Of a DNA stretch of 31,647 nt, positions 1-8,115 are shown one piece after another. Position 1 is the first letter of the stretch. Every line of letters begins with the position of its first letter. Origin of the DNA: a virus (lineage: Duplodnaviria > Caudoviricetes); IMG/VR virus record IMGVR_UViG_3300032227_000257, positions 1 through 31,647 of that record; one strand, given 5' to 3'. A model generated the notes under the pieces. That model worked only from the letters and a program-made list of their open reading frames with translations. It ran no database searches and was not told the DNA's origin. The position numbers and the translations under genes are program-made.

Positions 1-2214
1 ATTGCTGTTGACGTAGGTGTAGTTGCTACATCTGCTATCTGGCAAAATACTGATGTGGCATATGATACTGCTATTGGCGGTATGCCATTCATCTACGCAA
101 TCAGTGACGCACGCCCATATATCCGACAGACTGCACCATTCCGTAAGGAACAATTTGACAATCAGACTGAACCAGGTGAGCAATCACTTACTGGTTGGTG
201 GATTCGCAGCCAGCAATCTTTCCACGCAGGGGACGGTATAACTTTCTACGACCCAGCACAGACAACATCTAACTCACCTGACCACTATCGCTTTGCCGAT
301 AGCAGGGGCATAGATGTATGGACACAGGGTGAAGTAACACTACTCAATGATGTAACTAACACACACTCTACTACTGGCGCAGTTGTAGGTACAGACCATC
401 AACATGTTAATCAGCATGCACGTTCTATTCAATGGTCTGGTGTTAATGGCGTGCTATTGCATGATGAGTTCGATGTAGATAAAATCTATTCAGCAATTAC
501 TGTATCAATAACCAACAAAGCCTTAACTAGTAACGTAGCAACCCTTACTACATCCGCAACGCATGGGCTTACAATTGGTATGACCATTACAATCACAGGT
601 GTAGATGCTACATTTAATGGGGAATATCGTATTACTAGTGTACCTACAACTACGACTTTTACCTATGCTAAGACGGCATCTAATGTGCCATCTACCGCTG
701 TATCTCCAGTAGGTACTGGTGTAACTAGTCCAGTAATTCACTTCATTGATTATCTATCTGGTACAGACCGTAAAGTTTACGCTATCTGTGATGATGGAGT
801 CTATGCTTACTGGATAACAAACAAAACTGCAGGTGGAGCAGAGCGCCTTACCATGTTTAAGAAGCCATTAACTGGCGACTCAACTACTGGCTCATCTAAC
901 CCATCTGCAACAGGTGACGTTACACAGATGTTCCAAAGCGGAGATGAAGAAATCTTTTATGCAACAATGGAGTTCATCAAGGACCGTATTGTTCTTTGTG
1001 TCAATAATAAAGTTTACGAATTCCCTACCAACACTGACACATTTGGTGATGGTAATCTTGTCTTCACTAATACTAATATTAACTATCACTACACATCCGT
1101 AGCTGCATCTGGTCCTGCTATCTACACTGCTGGTCACTCAGGCATCTATTCAACAATCCAGAAGTATACACTTACAACTGCTGGTGTAATGCCAACACTA
1201 ACATCTGCTGTTGTTGCAGCAGAGTTACCTGCTGGTGAAATTGTAGAGAAGTTGTATTACTATCTAGGTTATATGTGCATCGGAACCAATAAAGGTATCC
1301 GCATTGCTACCGTAAATGACCAAGATGGTTCACTCAGTTACGGTCCGCTTATTGTAGAGACATCTCAACCTGTCTACGATTTTGCAGGACAAGACCGTTT
1401 TGTATGGGCGGCATCTGGTGTCGGGGAACTAGATGGTGGTTTAATACGAGTAGACTTAAGTCTTGAAGTTTCACCTTTACGTTTTGCCTACGCAAACGAT
1501 GTCTATGTATCGCAGTCTACTGAGCATTACACTACAGCCGTTGCATTCCTTGGCACAACTGACAGAATTACCTTTGCGACTGCTCACAATGTAACAGATG
1601 GCGCCATCTACCTTGAATCAACAGACTTGTATCCATCAGGATACCTGACTACAGGTTACATTAGATACAACACACTAGAGCCTAAGAACTTCAAGCGCCT
1701 TGTCGCTCGTGGTGATTTTGAGTACGGGTCTATGACCCTTGAAACAGTTACCGCTGACGGTACTGAGTACGACGTAGTTGCATACGATGCATCTGTCCCA
1801 CCAGTTGAGGTAACTACATCTAACCCACAGGAAGCACAGGAGTATCTAGCCTACAAGTTTATCCTATACCGCGACGGGGACGACGCAACACGAGGCCCAA
1901 TCATGAAGGGCTACCAGGCGAAAGCGACTATCGCTACACCTCGCCAGCGAGTAATGAGATTCCCCGTCTATTGCTATGACGTGGAGACAGACCGATACAA
2001 TGTACAGGTAGGGTATGAAGGCAGAGCCTTCGATAGAATTGCCCAACTAGAATCCATTGAGGAAAATGGTGACGTTGTAACATGGCAAGACTTAACCACA
2101 GGTGAGTCACGCCAGGCTGTCATTGAACAAATCTCTTTCACCCGCCTCACACCTCCAGACCGTGGATTCACAGGCTATGGTGGTGTCATTGATATCACGA
2201 TTAGGACCGTATAA
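1..2214 (+). CDS. Tail protein (tail tube/nozzle-like, beta-rich), 5'-truncated by the window edge
   Basis: Frame is open from base 1 (IAVDVGVVATSAIWQNTDVAYDTAIGG...). Thr/Val/Tyr-rich beta-type composition, >719 aa, directly upstream of the lysis genes; carries an inserted Thr-rich beta module at about 496-720. Confidence 0.65.
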   Translation: MAVDVGVVATSAIWQNTDVAYDTAIGGMPFIYAISDARPYIRQTAPFRKEQFDNQTEPGEQSLTGWWIRSQQSFHAGDGITFYDPAQTTSNSPDHYRFADSRGIDVWTQGEVTLLNDVTNTHSTTGAVVGTDHQHVNQHARSIQWSGVNGVLLHDEFDVDKIYSAITVSITNKALTSNVATLTTSATHGLTIGMTITITGVDATFNGEYRITSVPTTTTFTYAKTASNVPSTAVSPVGTGVTSPVIHFIDYLSGTDRKVYAICDDGVYAYWITNKTAGGAERLTMFKKPLTGDSTTGSSNPSATGDVTQMFQSGDEEIFYATMEFIKDRIVLCVNNKVYEFPTNTDTFGDGNLVFTNTNINYHYTSVAASGPAIYTAGHSGIYSTIQKYTLTTAGVMPTLTSAVVAAELPAGEIVEKLYYYLGYMCIGTNKGIRIATVNDQDGSLSYGPLIVETSQPVYDFAGQDRFVWAASGVGELDGGLIRVDLSLEVSPLRFAYANDVYVSQSTEHYTTAVAFLGTTDRITFATAHNVTDGAIYLESTDLYPSGYLTTGYIRYNTLEPKNFKRLVARGDFEYGSMTLETVTADGTEYDVVAYDASVPPVEVTTSNPQEAQEYLAYKFILYRDGDDATRGPIMKGYQAKATIATPRQRVMRFPVYCYDVETDRYNVQVGYEGRAFDRIAQLESIEENGDVVTWQDLTTGESRQAVIEQISFTRLTPPDRGFTGYGGVIDITIRTV

Positions 2215-2426
2215 TGTCTACTGCTCAATGGCTAGGTTTAGCCGTATCCGTCTGTACATTAGTTGCAGCTTTTGCTACATCAGTTCGCTGGTTAGTTAAG
2301 CATTATCTGTATGAACTAAAGCCTAACTCAGGCACGAGCCTGAAAGATTCAGTCATTCGACTAGAAGAAAAAGTAGAAATCCTATACCAGATTATGATTC
2401 AAAGAGGAAGAGATGATGAACGATGA
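2214..2426 (+). CDS. Small membrane protein (single TM plus coiled coil), holin/lysis-associated
   Basis: Hydrophobic N-terminus WLGLAVSVCTLVAAFA; TAATG coupling to the tail gene; precedes the endolysin. Confidence 0.55.
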   Translation: MSTAQWLGLAVSVCTLVAAFATSVRWLVKHYLYELKPNSGTSLKDSVIRLEEKVEILYQIMIQRGRDDER

Positions 2427-2932
2427 AGCTTGTTGTCAAGAAAGCCACACCTGCCGCTACTGCTGTCCTTCGTCAAGCCACAGCGATTTCACCCTCGCGT
2501 TTGAAAGTGTCCGATGGACTTCTGCCGTCGAAGGCGCATCAATCTCAGAACCCCAATTCAGACCATAACACAGGTCTTGCTGTAGATTTAACCCATGACC
2601 CAAAGCATGGCATCGACTGCGTCGATATCTTCCAGAAACTAAAGGAAGACAAGCGAGTTAAGTACCTGATTTTCAAGGGAAAGATTTGGTCAGCAGAGCG
2701 TGCGAAAGAAGGAGACCGTGATTATGACGGTTCAAATAAGCACAACAAACATCTTCATATCTCAATCAATGAAGGTATGGGGAATGATACTTCACCGTGG
2801 TTCTGGTGGCTTAACCAGCCTAAGGTAATCAATCAGGTGAAGGCGATACTCACACCATCGCCAAGCAAGAAAACGTATAAGACTGCAGGTTGCACTTGTT
2901 GCAAAGTCCATACGTCAAATCCTACGTCCTAA
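2423..2932 (+). CDS. Endolysin, M15/LAS-type zinc peptidase
   Basis: H-x6-D motif (SDHNTGLAVD) and HxH motif (KHLHIS); flanked by two membrane proteins. Confidence 0.7.
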   Translation: MKLVVKKATPAATAVLRQATAISPSRLKVSDGLLPSKAHQSQNPNSDHNTGLAVDLTHDPKHGIDCVDIFQKLKEDKRVKYLIFKGKIWSAERAKEGDRDYDGSNKHNKHLHISINEGMGNDTSPWFWWLNQPKVINQVKAILTPSPSKKTYKTAGCTCCKVHTSNPTS

Positions 2933-2941
2933 GGAGGACTT

Positions 2942-3133
2942 ATGAACACAGAGAAACTAGTTGCAATCGCAGGCACATACCTACGTGCTGCTTTCGCATC
3001 CGTGCTAGCAATGTATATCGCAGGAGTAACAGACCCTAAGGCATTAGGTTCAGCATTCCTTGCATCCATCGCTGCACCTATCCTAAAGGCACTAGACTCT
3101 AAAGAGACTGCCTACGGCAAAGGCTCAGAGTAA
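2942..3133 (+). CDS. Holin (two TM segments)
   Basis: 63 aa, two hydrophobic helices, charged C-terminus, strong AAGGAGG RBS, follows the endolysin. Confidence 0.7.
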   Translation: MNTEKLVAIAGTYLRAAFASVLAMYIAGVTDPKALGSAFLASIAAPILKALDSKETAYGKGSE

Positions 3134-3166
3134 CCATTTAAGGGCCCTAGCAGGCCCATAGCAACA

Positions 3167-3215
3167 AGAAACCCCCTTACCTTAGTAGAAATACTAGGGC
3201 GAGGGGGTCTTTTGT
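3167..3215. terminator. Probably bidirectional intrinsic terminator
   Basis: ACCCCCT..CCTTAGTA-GAAA-TACTAGGG..AGGGGGT hairpin with a T-run downstream and an A-rich run upstream, between convergent genes. Confidence 0.75.
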
Positions 3216-3227
3216 CGTTTCTAGATG

Positions 3228-3386
3228 TTATTTGATATCGTCGTCGTCTGCTTCTAGGTCCTCAAGCAAGTCATTGATATTCCTAAGACCCTTTTTGAAC
3301 TGGTATTCCTTGTATCGGTTAATCAGTTCTTGATATACATCACGCACTGCTATTGCTGCTAATGCTCCAAAGAAAACTTCTAACAT
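3228..3386 (-). CDS. Small membrane-anchored acidic protein, 52 aa (MLEVFFGALAAIAVRDVYQELINRYKEYQFKKGLRNINDLLEDLEADDDDIK)
   Basis: Hand-translated, below the ORF-track cutoff; AGGAGA RBS; ends at the bidirectional terminator. Confidence 0.65.
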   Translation of the reverse strand: MLEVFFGALAAIAVRDVYQELINRYKEYQFKKGLRNINDLLEDLEADDDDIK

Positions 3387-3396
3387 AGTATCTCCT

Positions 3397-3474
3397 ATAG
3401 TATAATATATATATTATTATATATAATATAACCCCCGAAGGGGGTTTATTTATTATATATTATATTTAATTATA
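3397..3474. other. Nearly pure A/T tract centred on a CCCCC-GAA-GGGGG hairpin; candidate replication origin/regulatory element
   Basis: About 35 nt and 30 nt of A/T flank AACCCCCGAAGGGGGTT (3430-3446); lies between divergent transcription units just upstream of the replication genes. Confidence 0.45.
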
Positions 3475-3497
3475 CACACAGAATCCGAGGGTGTAAG
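3469..3497 (-). promoter_or_regulatory. Putative promoter for the 3228-3386 gene
   Basis: CTTACA-N17-TATAAT on the minus strand with a TG-rich segment before the -10. Confidence 0.4.
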
Positions 3498-3518
3498 TAA
3501 GCGAGTCAGGTATGCCTA

Positions 3519-3547
3519 TTGGCACTGATTCCTGAGTGTGCTATGGT
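3519..3547 (+). promoter_or_regulatory. Putative sigma-70/SigA-type promoter giving a leaderless transcript for the replication module
   Basis: TTGGCA-N17-TATGGT with extended TGn; ATG 3554 follows 6 nt after the -10 and has no SD. Confidence 0.55.
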
Positions 3548-3553
3548 TGTCCA

Positions 3554-3745
3554 ATGATACAACTTGGAGATTACGAACTACCTGAACACGTGAGTTACTC
3601 AGCGTTCAGTACATACATTGACTGTGGATATCAGTACTACCTAGGGCGATTGCTTCAGGTACCTGAGGAACCATCAGTATGGTCAGTAGGGGGCTCTGCC
3701 TTTCATACAGCTACAGAATTGTGGGACTTAGAACATGCTGAATAG
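3554..3745 (+). CDS. N-terminal part of a PD-(D/E)XK RecB/Cas4-like exonuclease
   Basis: HVSYSAFSTYIDCGYQYYL...GSAFHTATE matches the S-x-S...C...G-x-x-x-H N-terminus of this family. Confidence 0.75.
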   Translation: MIQLGDYELPEHVSYSAFSTYIDCGYQYYLGRLLQVPEEPSVWSVGGSAFHTATELWDLEHAE

Positions 3746-4343
3746 TGAACTATGGGCAAAAGCCTGGGCACAAGAGGCTGAGGGCAAGGACCTAACCAAT
3801 GCTCGTGTTGGTGGTCGTGCTACTAAGGCTAACCCAAACAAAGAAGATGTTACTTTCTGGCAATCGACTGGACCTCAATGGGTCCAAGCATATATCGATT
3901 GGCGTAAGGCTAACCCTGACTGGAAATTGTGGAAGACACCACAAGGTGCACCAGCAGTTGAGTTGGCTATGTTACCTGAATTTGCTGGCGTGCCAGTCAA
4001 GATGATTCTTGACAGGGTGTTTGAAGTCAATGGCGAACTGGTTATCGTCGACTTAAAAACCTCTCAGCAAACACCAACCAATACACTACAACTTGGATTC
4101 TACAAGGTCGGATTACTAAAGACCTTTGGTATCGATGTTAAGTGGGGGACCTATTGGATGGCACGTCAGCACGGTGTGTCACCTCTTGTTAGCCTCGAGC
4201 AGTATACAGAGGATAAACTTGAGTACCTTGTTGCAGGGTTTGACAAGGCTCGTAAGGCTGGAATCTTTTTACCGAACACAAACAACTGCCAATATAAATG
4301 CGGATTGACAGCACACTGTCAGTTCTCAACGAAGATAGGATAA
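3735..4343 (+). CDS. C-terminal catalytic part of a PD-(D/E)XK RecB/Cas4-like exonuclease
   Basis: E...ILDRV...IVDLKT...QLGFY motifs and C-terminal C-x3-C-x5-C. Confidence 0.8.
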   Translation: MLNSELWAKAWAQEAEGKDLTNARVGGRATKANPNKEDVTFWQSTGPQWVQAYIDWRKANPDWKLWKTPQGAPAVELAMLPEFAGVPVKMILDRVFEVNGELVIVDLKTSQQTPTNTLQLGFYKVGLLKTFGIDVKWGTYWMARQHGVSPLVSLEQYTEDKLEYLVAGFDKARKAGIFLPNTNNCQYKCGLTAHCQFSTKIG

Positions 4344-4346
4344 CAA

Positions 4347-4763
4347 ATGGAAGAATGGAAACTGCAAGTATCATACAAGACACCTGCTGGTGACATGATT
4401 AACGTCCGCGCCAATACCGCTGACGAACTAAGTGTGTTGCTTGAAGGTGTTGGCGACTACTCAACACAAGTTGCAGCAGTGCAACGATTGGTTGTTGGTG
4501 CTTACAATGCTGCCCCTTTGGGGACCACGCCTTCAACTCAAGGCACATCGCAATCCACTTACTCCGCTCCCAGCCAGGGGCAGGGTCCGTCACTTACACC
4601 TCCGCCAAGCGCGATTACACCAACAGGACAAGCGAGTCCGACGTGCATACACGGAGCGAGAATCTTCCGACAGGGAGTGAGCAAAGCCAGTGGAAAGCCT
4701 TACGCTTTTTGGGCATGCCCGACCCCACAGGGGACTCCCGACCAGTGCAAGCCAGTAAACTAA
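4347..4763 (+). CDS. Phage protein with Pro/Gln/Thr linker and C-terminal zinc-binding motif
   Basis: CIHG...FWAC...QC at the C-terminus; located between nuclease and helicase. Confidence 0.6.
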   Translation: MEEWKLQVSYKTPAGDMINVRANTADELSVLLEGVGDYSTQVAAVQRLVVGAYNAAPLGTTPSTQGTSQSTYSAPSQGQGPSLTPPPSAITPTGQASPTCIHGARIFRQGVSKASGKPYAFWACPTPQGTPDQCKPVN

Positions 4764-4773
4764 AACGTTGATG

Positions 4774-4820
4774 AAGGAACGCAGCTACCGACGCACACCA
4801 CGTAAGTGGCTGCGTTCTTT
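4774..4820 (+). terminator. Intergenic stem-loop (terminator or processing site)
   Basis: AAGGAACGCAGCTAC / GTGGCTGCGTTCTTT, 15-bp inverted repeat including G-U pairs. Confidence 0.5.
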
Positions 4821-4844
4821 CTATAAAGAAGGGAATGAATCAGG

Positions 4845-5627
4845 ATGCGTACACTTGTCCGCTCAGTTGGTCGTTCCAGTATCGGTGGAGAACCGCTCCC
4901 TAGTTGCTTTAAGGCATTCGAAAGTAACAAGATTATCATTAGGCGCTCTGAGGTTTCGATGTTCGCAGCCGCGCCTGGAGTCGGAAAGTCAACTCTAGCA
5001 CTGGCTTTAGCGCTGAAGATGAAAGTGCCAACACTTTATATCTCAGCAGATACCAACGCACACACAATGGCTATGCGATTAGCCTCAATGATTTCAGGTA
5101 AGTCACAGACTGACGTTGAATCATTGATGAATACAGACCATGGTTGGACAAAGGCAACACTTGCAAAGGGTAGCCACATTGTATGGTCGTTTGAATCAGC
5201 ACCAACACTACAAGATATTGATGAAGAAGTGCAAGCCTTTGAAGAACTATGGGGTTGCCCACCGACATTGATTGTTGTAGATAACTTAATGGATGTAGCC
5301 ACCGATGGTGGCGAAGAGTTCGCATCAATGCGAGCAATCATGAAGGAGTTGAAGTATCTTGCGAGAGCGACTAACGCTGCAGTGGTTGTACTACACCACA
5401 CTTCGGAGGCTGTCCAAGGTAGCCCGTGTCAACCGCGCTCCGCTATTCAGGGTAAGGTTGCTCAACTTCCTGCTCTTATATGCACCCTCGGCGTTGTTGG
5501 TACTTCTATGGGTGTTGCACCTGTTAAGAATAGATACGGTAGAGCTGACGCAGGGGGAGGACTCATGACATGGGTTGCTTTTAATCCTGAGTACATGTTT
5601 ATTGATGATATACCAGAGAATGTTTAA
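4845..5627 (+). CDS. DnaB-like (RecA-fold) helicase/ATPase
   Basis: Walker A AAPGVGKS, Walker B LIVVDN, VVLHH and KNRYG motifs. Confidence 0.85.
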   Translation: MRTLVRSVGRSSIGGEPLPSCFKAFESNKIIIRRSEVSMFAAAPGVGKSTLALALALKMKVPTLYISADTNAHTMAMRLASMISGKSQTDVESLMNTDHGWTKATLAKGSHIVWSFESAPTLQDIDEEVQAFEELWGCPPTLIVVDNLMDVATDGGEEFASMRAIMKELKYLARATNAAVVVLHHTSEAVQGSPCQPRSAIQGKVAQLPALICTLGVVGTSMGVAPVKNRYGRADAGGGLMTWVAFNPEYMFIDDIPENV

Positions 5628-5635
5628 GGAGAATA

Positions 5636-5815
5636 ATGTTACTAGATAATACACTAAAGCAGTTAAAGCAAGATGCATATGTTCAAGGTTGGCAAGATGC
5701 AGTATCTGCTTTGACTAAGGAGTATGAAGATAGACTGCGTTTAGTTATTGACAAGTTCGAACTACCCAAAGAGTATGAGATTACAAATGACGACACGCAA
5801 GAGTCACAAGGCTAG
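5636..5815 (+). CDS. Hypothetical protein, 59 aa (MLLDNTLKQLKQDAYVQGWQDAV...)
   Basis: Hand-translated; AAGGAG RBS; fills the gap between helicase and resolvase. Confidence 0.65.
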   Translation: MLLDNTLKQLKQDAYVQGWQDAVSALTKEYEDRLRLVIDKFELPKEYEITNDDTQESQG

Positions 5816-6155
5816 AGGTGCGACGTACGAAACAGACATCCGAGACTGGTTTCGAGCAAATGGATACGATAGTGAACGACTTGCTCGAACAGGTGCACGA
5901 GATGAGGGCGACGTTGTTGTCCGCAAAGACTTCCTTGGAAGCATTGGCGTTATCGAATGCAAAGCACCAGGTGCAGGCAATGCCATTGACCTTAGTGGTT
6001 GGACAAAAGAAGCACAGATTGAAGCAACGCATTATGCAGAAGCAAGGGGTATCGACCGTGAAGCGGTCCTACCAGCAGTACTTATCAAGGCTAGAGGAAA
6101 GTCAATAGCAGATTCGTATTTAGTACTTAGATTAGGAGATGTTTTCGGTGAATGA
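5787..6155 (+). CDS. Holliday junction resolvase (Hjc-like PD-(D/E)XK)
   Basis: KARGATYE...EGDV...IECK motifs; start reassigned to ATG 5787. Confidence 0.75.
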   Translation: MTTRKSHKARGATYETDIRDWFRANGYDSERLARTGARDEGDVVVRKDFLGSIGVIECKAPGAGNAIDLSGWTKEAQIEATHYAEARGIDREAVLPAVLIKARGKSIADSYLVLRLGDVFGE

Positions 6156-6513
6156 TTTGCCCAGTATCAAGGCTGTGTTAGAGCACTACGGTGCCAGCAT
6201 ACGTCGTGACCATGGGCAAGCAAACCTTAAGTGTCCCTTTCATGGTGACTCACATCAATCAGGTACAGCTAACTTAGATGAGAACTTATTCGTATGCTTT
6301 GCGTGTGGCGTACAAGGAAACAGTTTACAAATCATAGCACAACAAGAAGGGTGTGACATACGTGGCGCAGCAAAATTCGCAGAAGGAACTCTTGGGCATA
6401 GCGTCCAAAAAGTACCAGGAAAGCATCTATCAGGCAGAAGGTTACCTTCGAAGCAGGGGTATAACTCTGGAAGTGGCACGGTTGGCACGATTAGGCGTAG
6501 TCGCGGAGCCTGA
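6148..6513 (+). CDS. DNA primase zinc-binding (CHC2) subunit
   Basis: CPFH...CFAC; GTG 6148 is suitably spaced from AGGAG (ORF track starts at 6139). Confidence 0.8.
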   Translation: MNDLPSIKAVLEHYGASIRRDHGQANLKCPFHGDSHQSGTANLDENLFVCFACGVQGNSLQIIAQQEGCDIRGAAKFAEGTLGHSVQKVPGKHLSGRRLPSKQGYNSGSGTVGTIRRSRGA

Positions 6514-6991
6514 GCCAGGACATGAACAGTACACGGGACGCTTATCAATTCCTTACATAACCAAGACTGGCATCTCAGACATACGCTTTCGCTCACTCAA
6601 CCCTGCCGTTGAACCTAAGTACATGGGTATGGTAGGAGCTGACACAAAGATGTATAACGTATTAGATATTGAACGAGCAGGCGATTGGATTGGAGTATGC
6701 GAAGGTGAACTCGACACCCTTACTATGTCACGATGTGTTGGAATCCCATGCGTCGGAGTACCAGGAGCAAACTCTTGGAAGAAACATTACACAAGATTAC
6801 TTGCTGACTTCGAACGCATCTTTGTTTTCGCAGACGGAGACGGACCAGGACGAGAGTTTGCAAACAGTTTGGCAAGAGAACTACCAGTCACTATCGTGGG
6901 ATTCGGTGACGGGGAAGATGTTAATTCGGCGTACACAAAGTACGGTGCGAGTTTCATTAAAGAAAAGATGGGATTAACAAATGAAGAATAA
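6362..6991 (+). CDS. DNA primase TOPRIM subunit
   Basis: RLSIPY, VCEGELD and FADGDGPG motifs; start uncertain (6353 or 6362). Confidence 0.85.
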   Translation: MAQQNSQKELLGIASKKYQESIYQAEGYLRSRGITLEVARLARLGVVAEPEPGHEQYTGRLSIPYITKTGISDIRFRSLNPAVEPKYMGMVGADTKMYNVLDIERAGDWIGVCEGELDTLTMSRCVGIPCVGVPGANSWKKHYTRLLADFERIFVFADGDGPGREFANSLARELPVTIVGFGDGEDVNSAYTKYGASFIKEKMGLTNEE

Positions 6992-7319
6992 GATTAATCC
7001 TTGTCCAGAATGTGGACAGCACTTTGATAATGTGTTCGAAGCAACAGACCACCTACTTGAAGATGATGAAGAGTTCGACCCAGCATTGGTATTGCCTAAT
7101 GGCTATCGCCTAATGATTGGTTCGTTGCTTCGTTGCATGTATCGCTATGCAAATAATCCTGAACAGATACAATCAATCACGCAGGACACGTACATGACTT
7201 TGTTCTCGGCAGAGACGGACCCAGGTACGGTGTTGGAAGTTATTGAAGATATGATTGTTGACTCTAGTATGGTGGGAATTGATGAAGAACTTAAACAGCT
7301 ACTCGAAGATGGAGAGTGA
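6981..7319 (+). CDS. Hypothetical acidic protein with N-terminal CxxC...H motif
   Basis: CPECG...H; overlaps the primase stop. Confidence 0.6.
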   Translation: MKNKINPCPECGQHFDNVFEATDHLLEDDEEFDPALVLPNGYRLMIGSLLRCMYRYANNPEQIQSITQDTYMTLFSAETDPGTVLEVIEDMIVDSSMVGIDEELKQLLEDGE

Positions 7320-7443
7320 AGAGATATGGCAGATTATTCAGTATCTAACGGAGTTAGGATTACCAGTAGAGTCGGTGTTGAAGGACGGCGCACGGCTGAA
7401 AGTAACCTTAACAATCCCGCTCTTGCACGCGAAGTCCATCTAG
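7309..7443 (+). CDS. Possible 44-aa hypothetical protein (MESEEIWQIIQYL...)
   Basis: ATG overlaps the previous gene's end; protein-like amphipathic sequence; overlaps the annotated N-terminus of the next ORF. Confidence 0.4.
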   Translation: MESEEIWQIIQYLTELGLPVESVLKDGARLKVTLTIPLLHAKSI

Positions 7444-7712
7444 AGGTGCACTTGAGCAACACAGTCAATGAACTGTCTGACTTGTTGTTGAGTAAGCACA
7501 AGGACTACGGCCCTAAGAATATATCGCAAGCACCTGGTGGTGCAATCAATGGCTTGCGTGTACGAATGCATGATAAGTTAGCACGAATCAATAACCTGAT
7601 TGACAGTGGTGCAAACCCTGAGCACGAATCCTTAGAAGATTCCTTCAAGGACATGGCTAACTATGCAATCATTGGGTTGCTGGTTCTACGAAAGCAATGG
7701 GACAATGACTAA
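7326..7712 (+). CDS. Nucleotide-modification-associated domain protein (DUF1599/Nmad1-like, all-alpha NTP pyrophosphohydrolase-like)
   Basis: KHKDYG...RMHDKLARINNL...ESLEDSFKDMANYAII pattern; true start may be near 7446-7452. Confidence 0.7.
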   Translation: MADYSVSNGVRITSRVGVEGRRTAESNLNNPALAREVHLEVHLSNTVNELSDLLLSKHKDYGPKNISQAPGGAINGLRVRMHDKLARINNLIDSGANPEHESLEDSFKDMANYAIIGLLVLRKQWDND

Positions 7713-8115
7713 CAAATCTTCATTCGATTTAGACTTTGGATACGGACGTAAGGGTGAGCAATTAGTAGATGAGTTGCTTACTGGTGGACGTACTGTCGAA
7801 GTAAAGCGCGACCGTAAGTGGGCTAAGACTAACAACCTATACATTGAGACTGAGTGCTTCTTCAAGAAGATTGAGGACTGGGCACCGTCAGGATTAGGTG
7901 TAACAGAGGCAGCATACTGGGCGTTCGTGCTGGAAGAGAGCACACTCATTGTCCCAACAGATGCGTTGCGCTATGCAGTAAAAGAATTTGGTAGAGAGAT
8001 TACGTGTAACATCCCACCTAATCTGTCTAAGGGATTTTTAATTACAGTAGATGATTTAATGTCAGCGACACGACTATACAAGAAAGCAAAGGCAGATGAA
8101 CTGGCAACAAATTGA
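7705..8115 (+). CDS. Restriction-endonuclease-fold (PD-(D/E)XK-like) phage protein
   Basis: GEQ...VEVKRD...NLYIE...SGL...AYWAF pattern. Confidence 0.55.
   Translation: MTNKSSFDLDFGYGRKGEQLVDELLTGGRTVEVKRDRKWAKTNNLYIETECFFKKIEDWAPSGLGVTEAAYWAFVLEESTLIVPTDALRYAVKEFGREITCNIPPNLSKGFLITVDDLMSATRLYKKAKADELATN

Noticed and set aside
3554-4343. Cas4 as evidence of a CRISPR-Cas system
   Set aside because: Stand-alone RecB/Cas4-like nucleases are common in phage replication modules; no cas1/cas2 or array is present.
4768-4998. 76-aa ORF overlapping the helicase start
   Set aside because: Spans a stem-loop and the helicase 5' end in another frame, with no clear RBS or motif.
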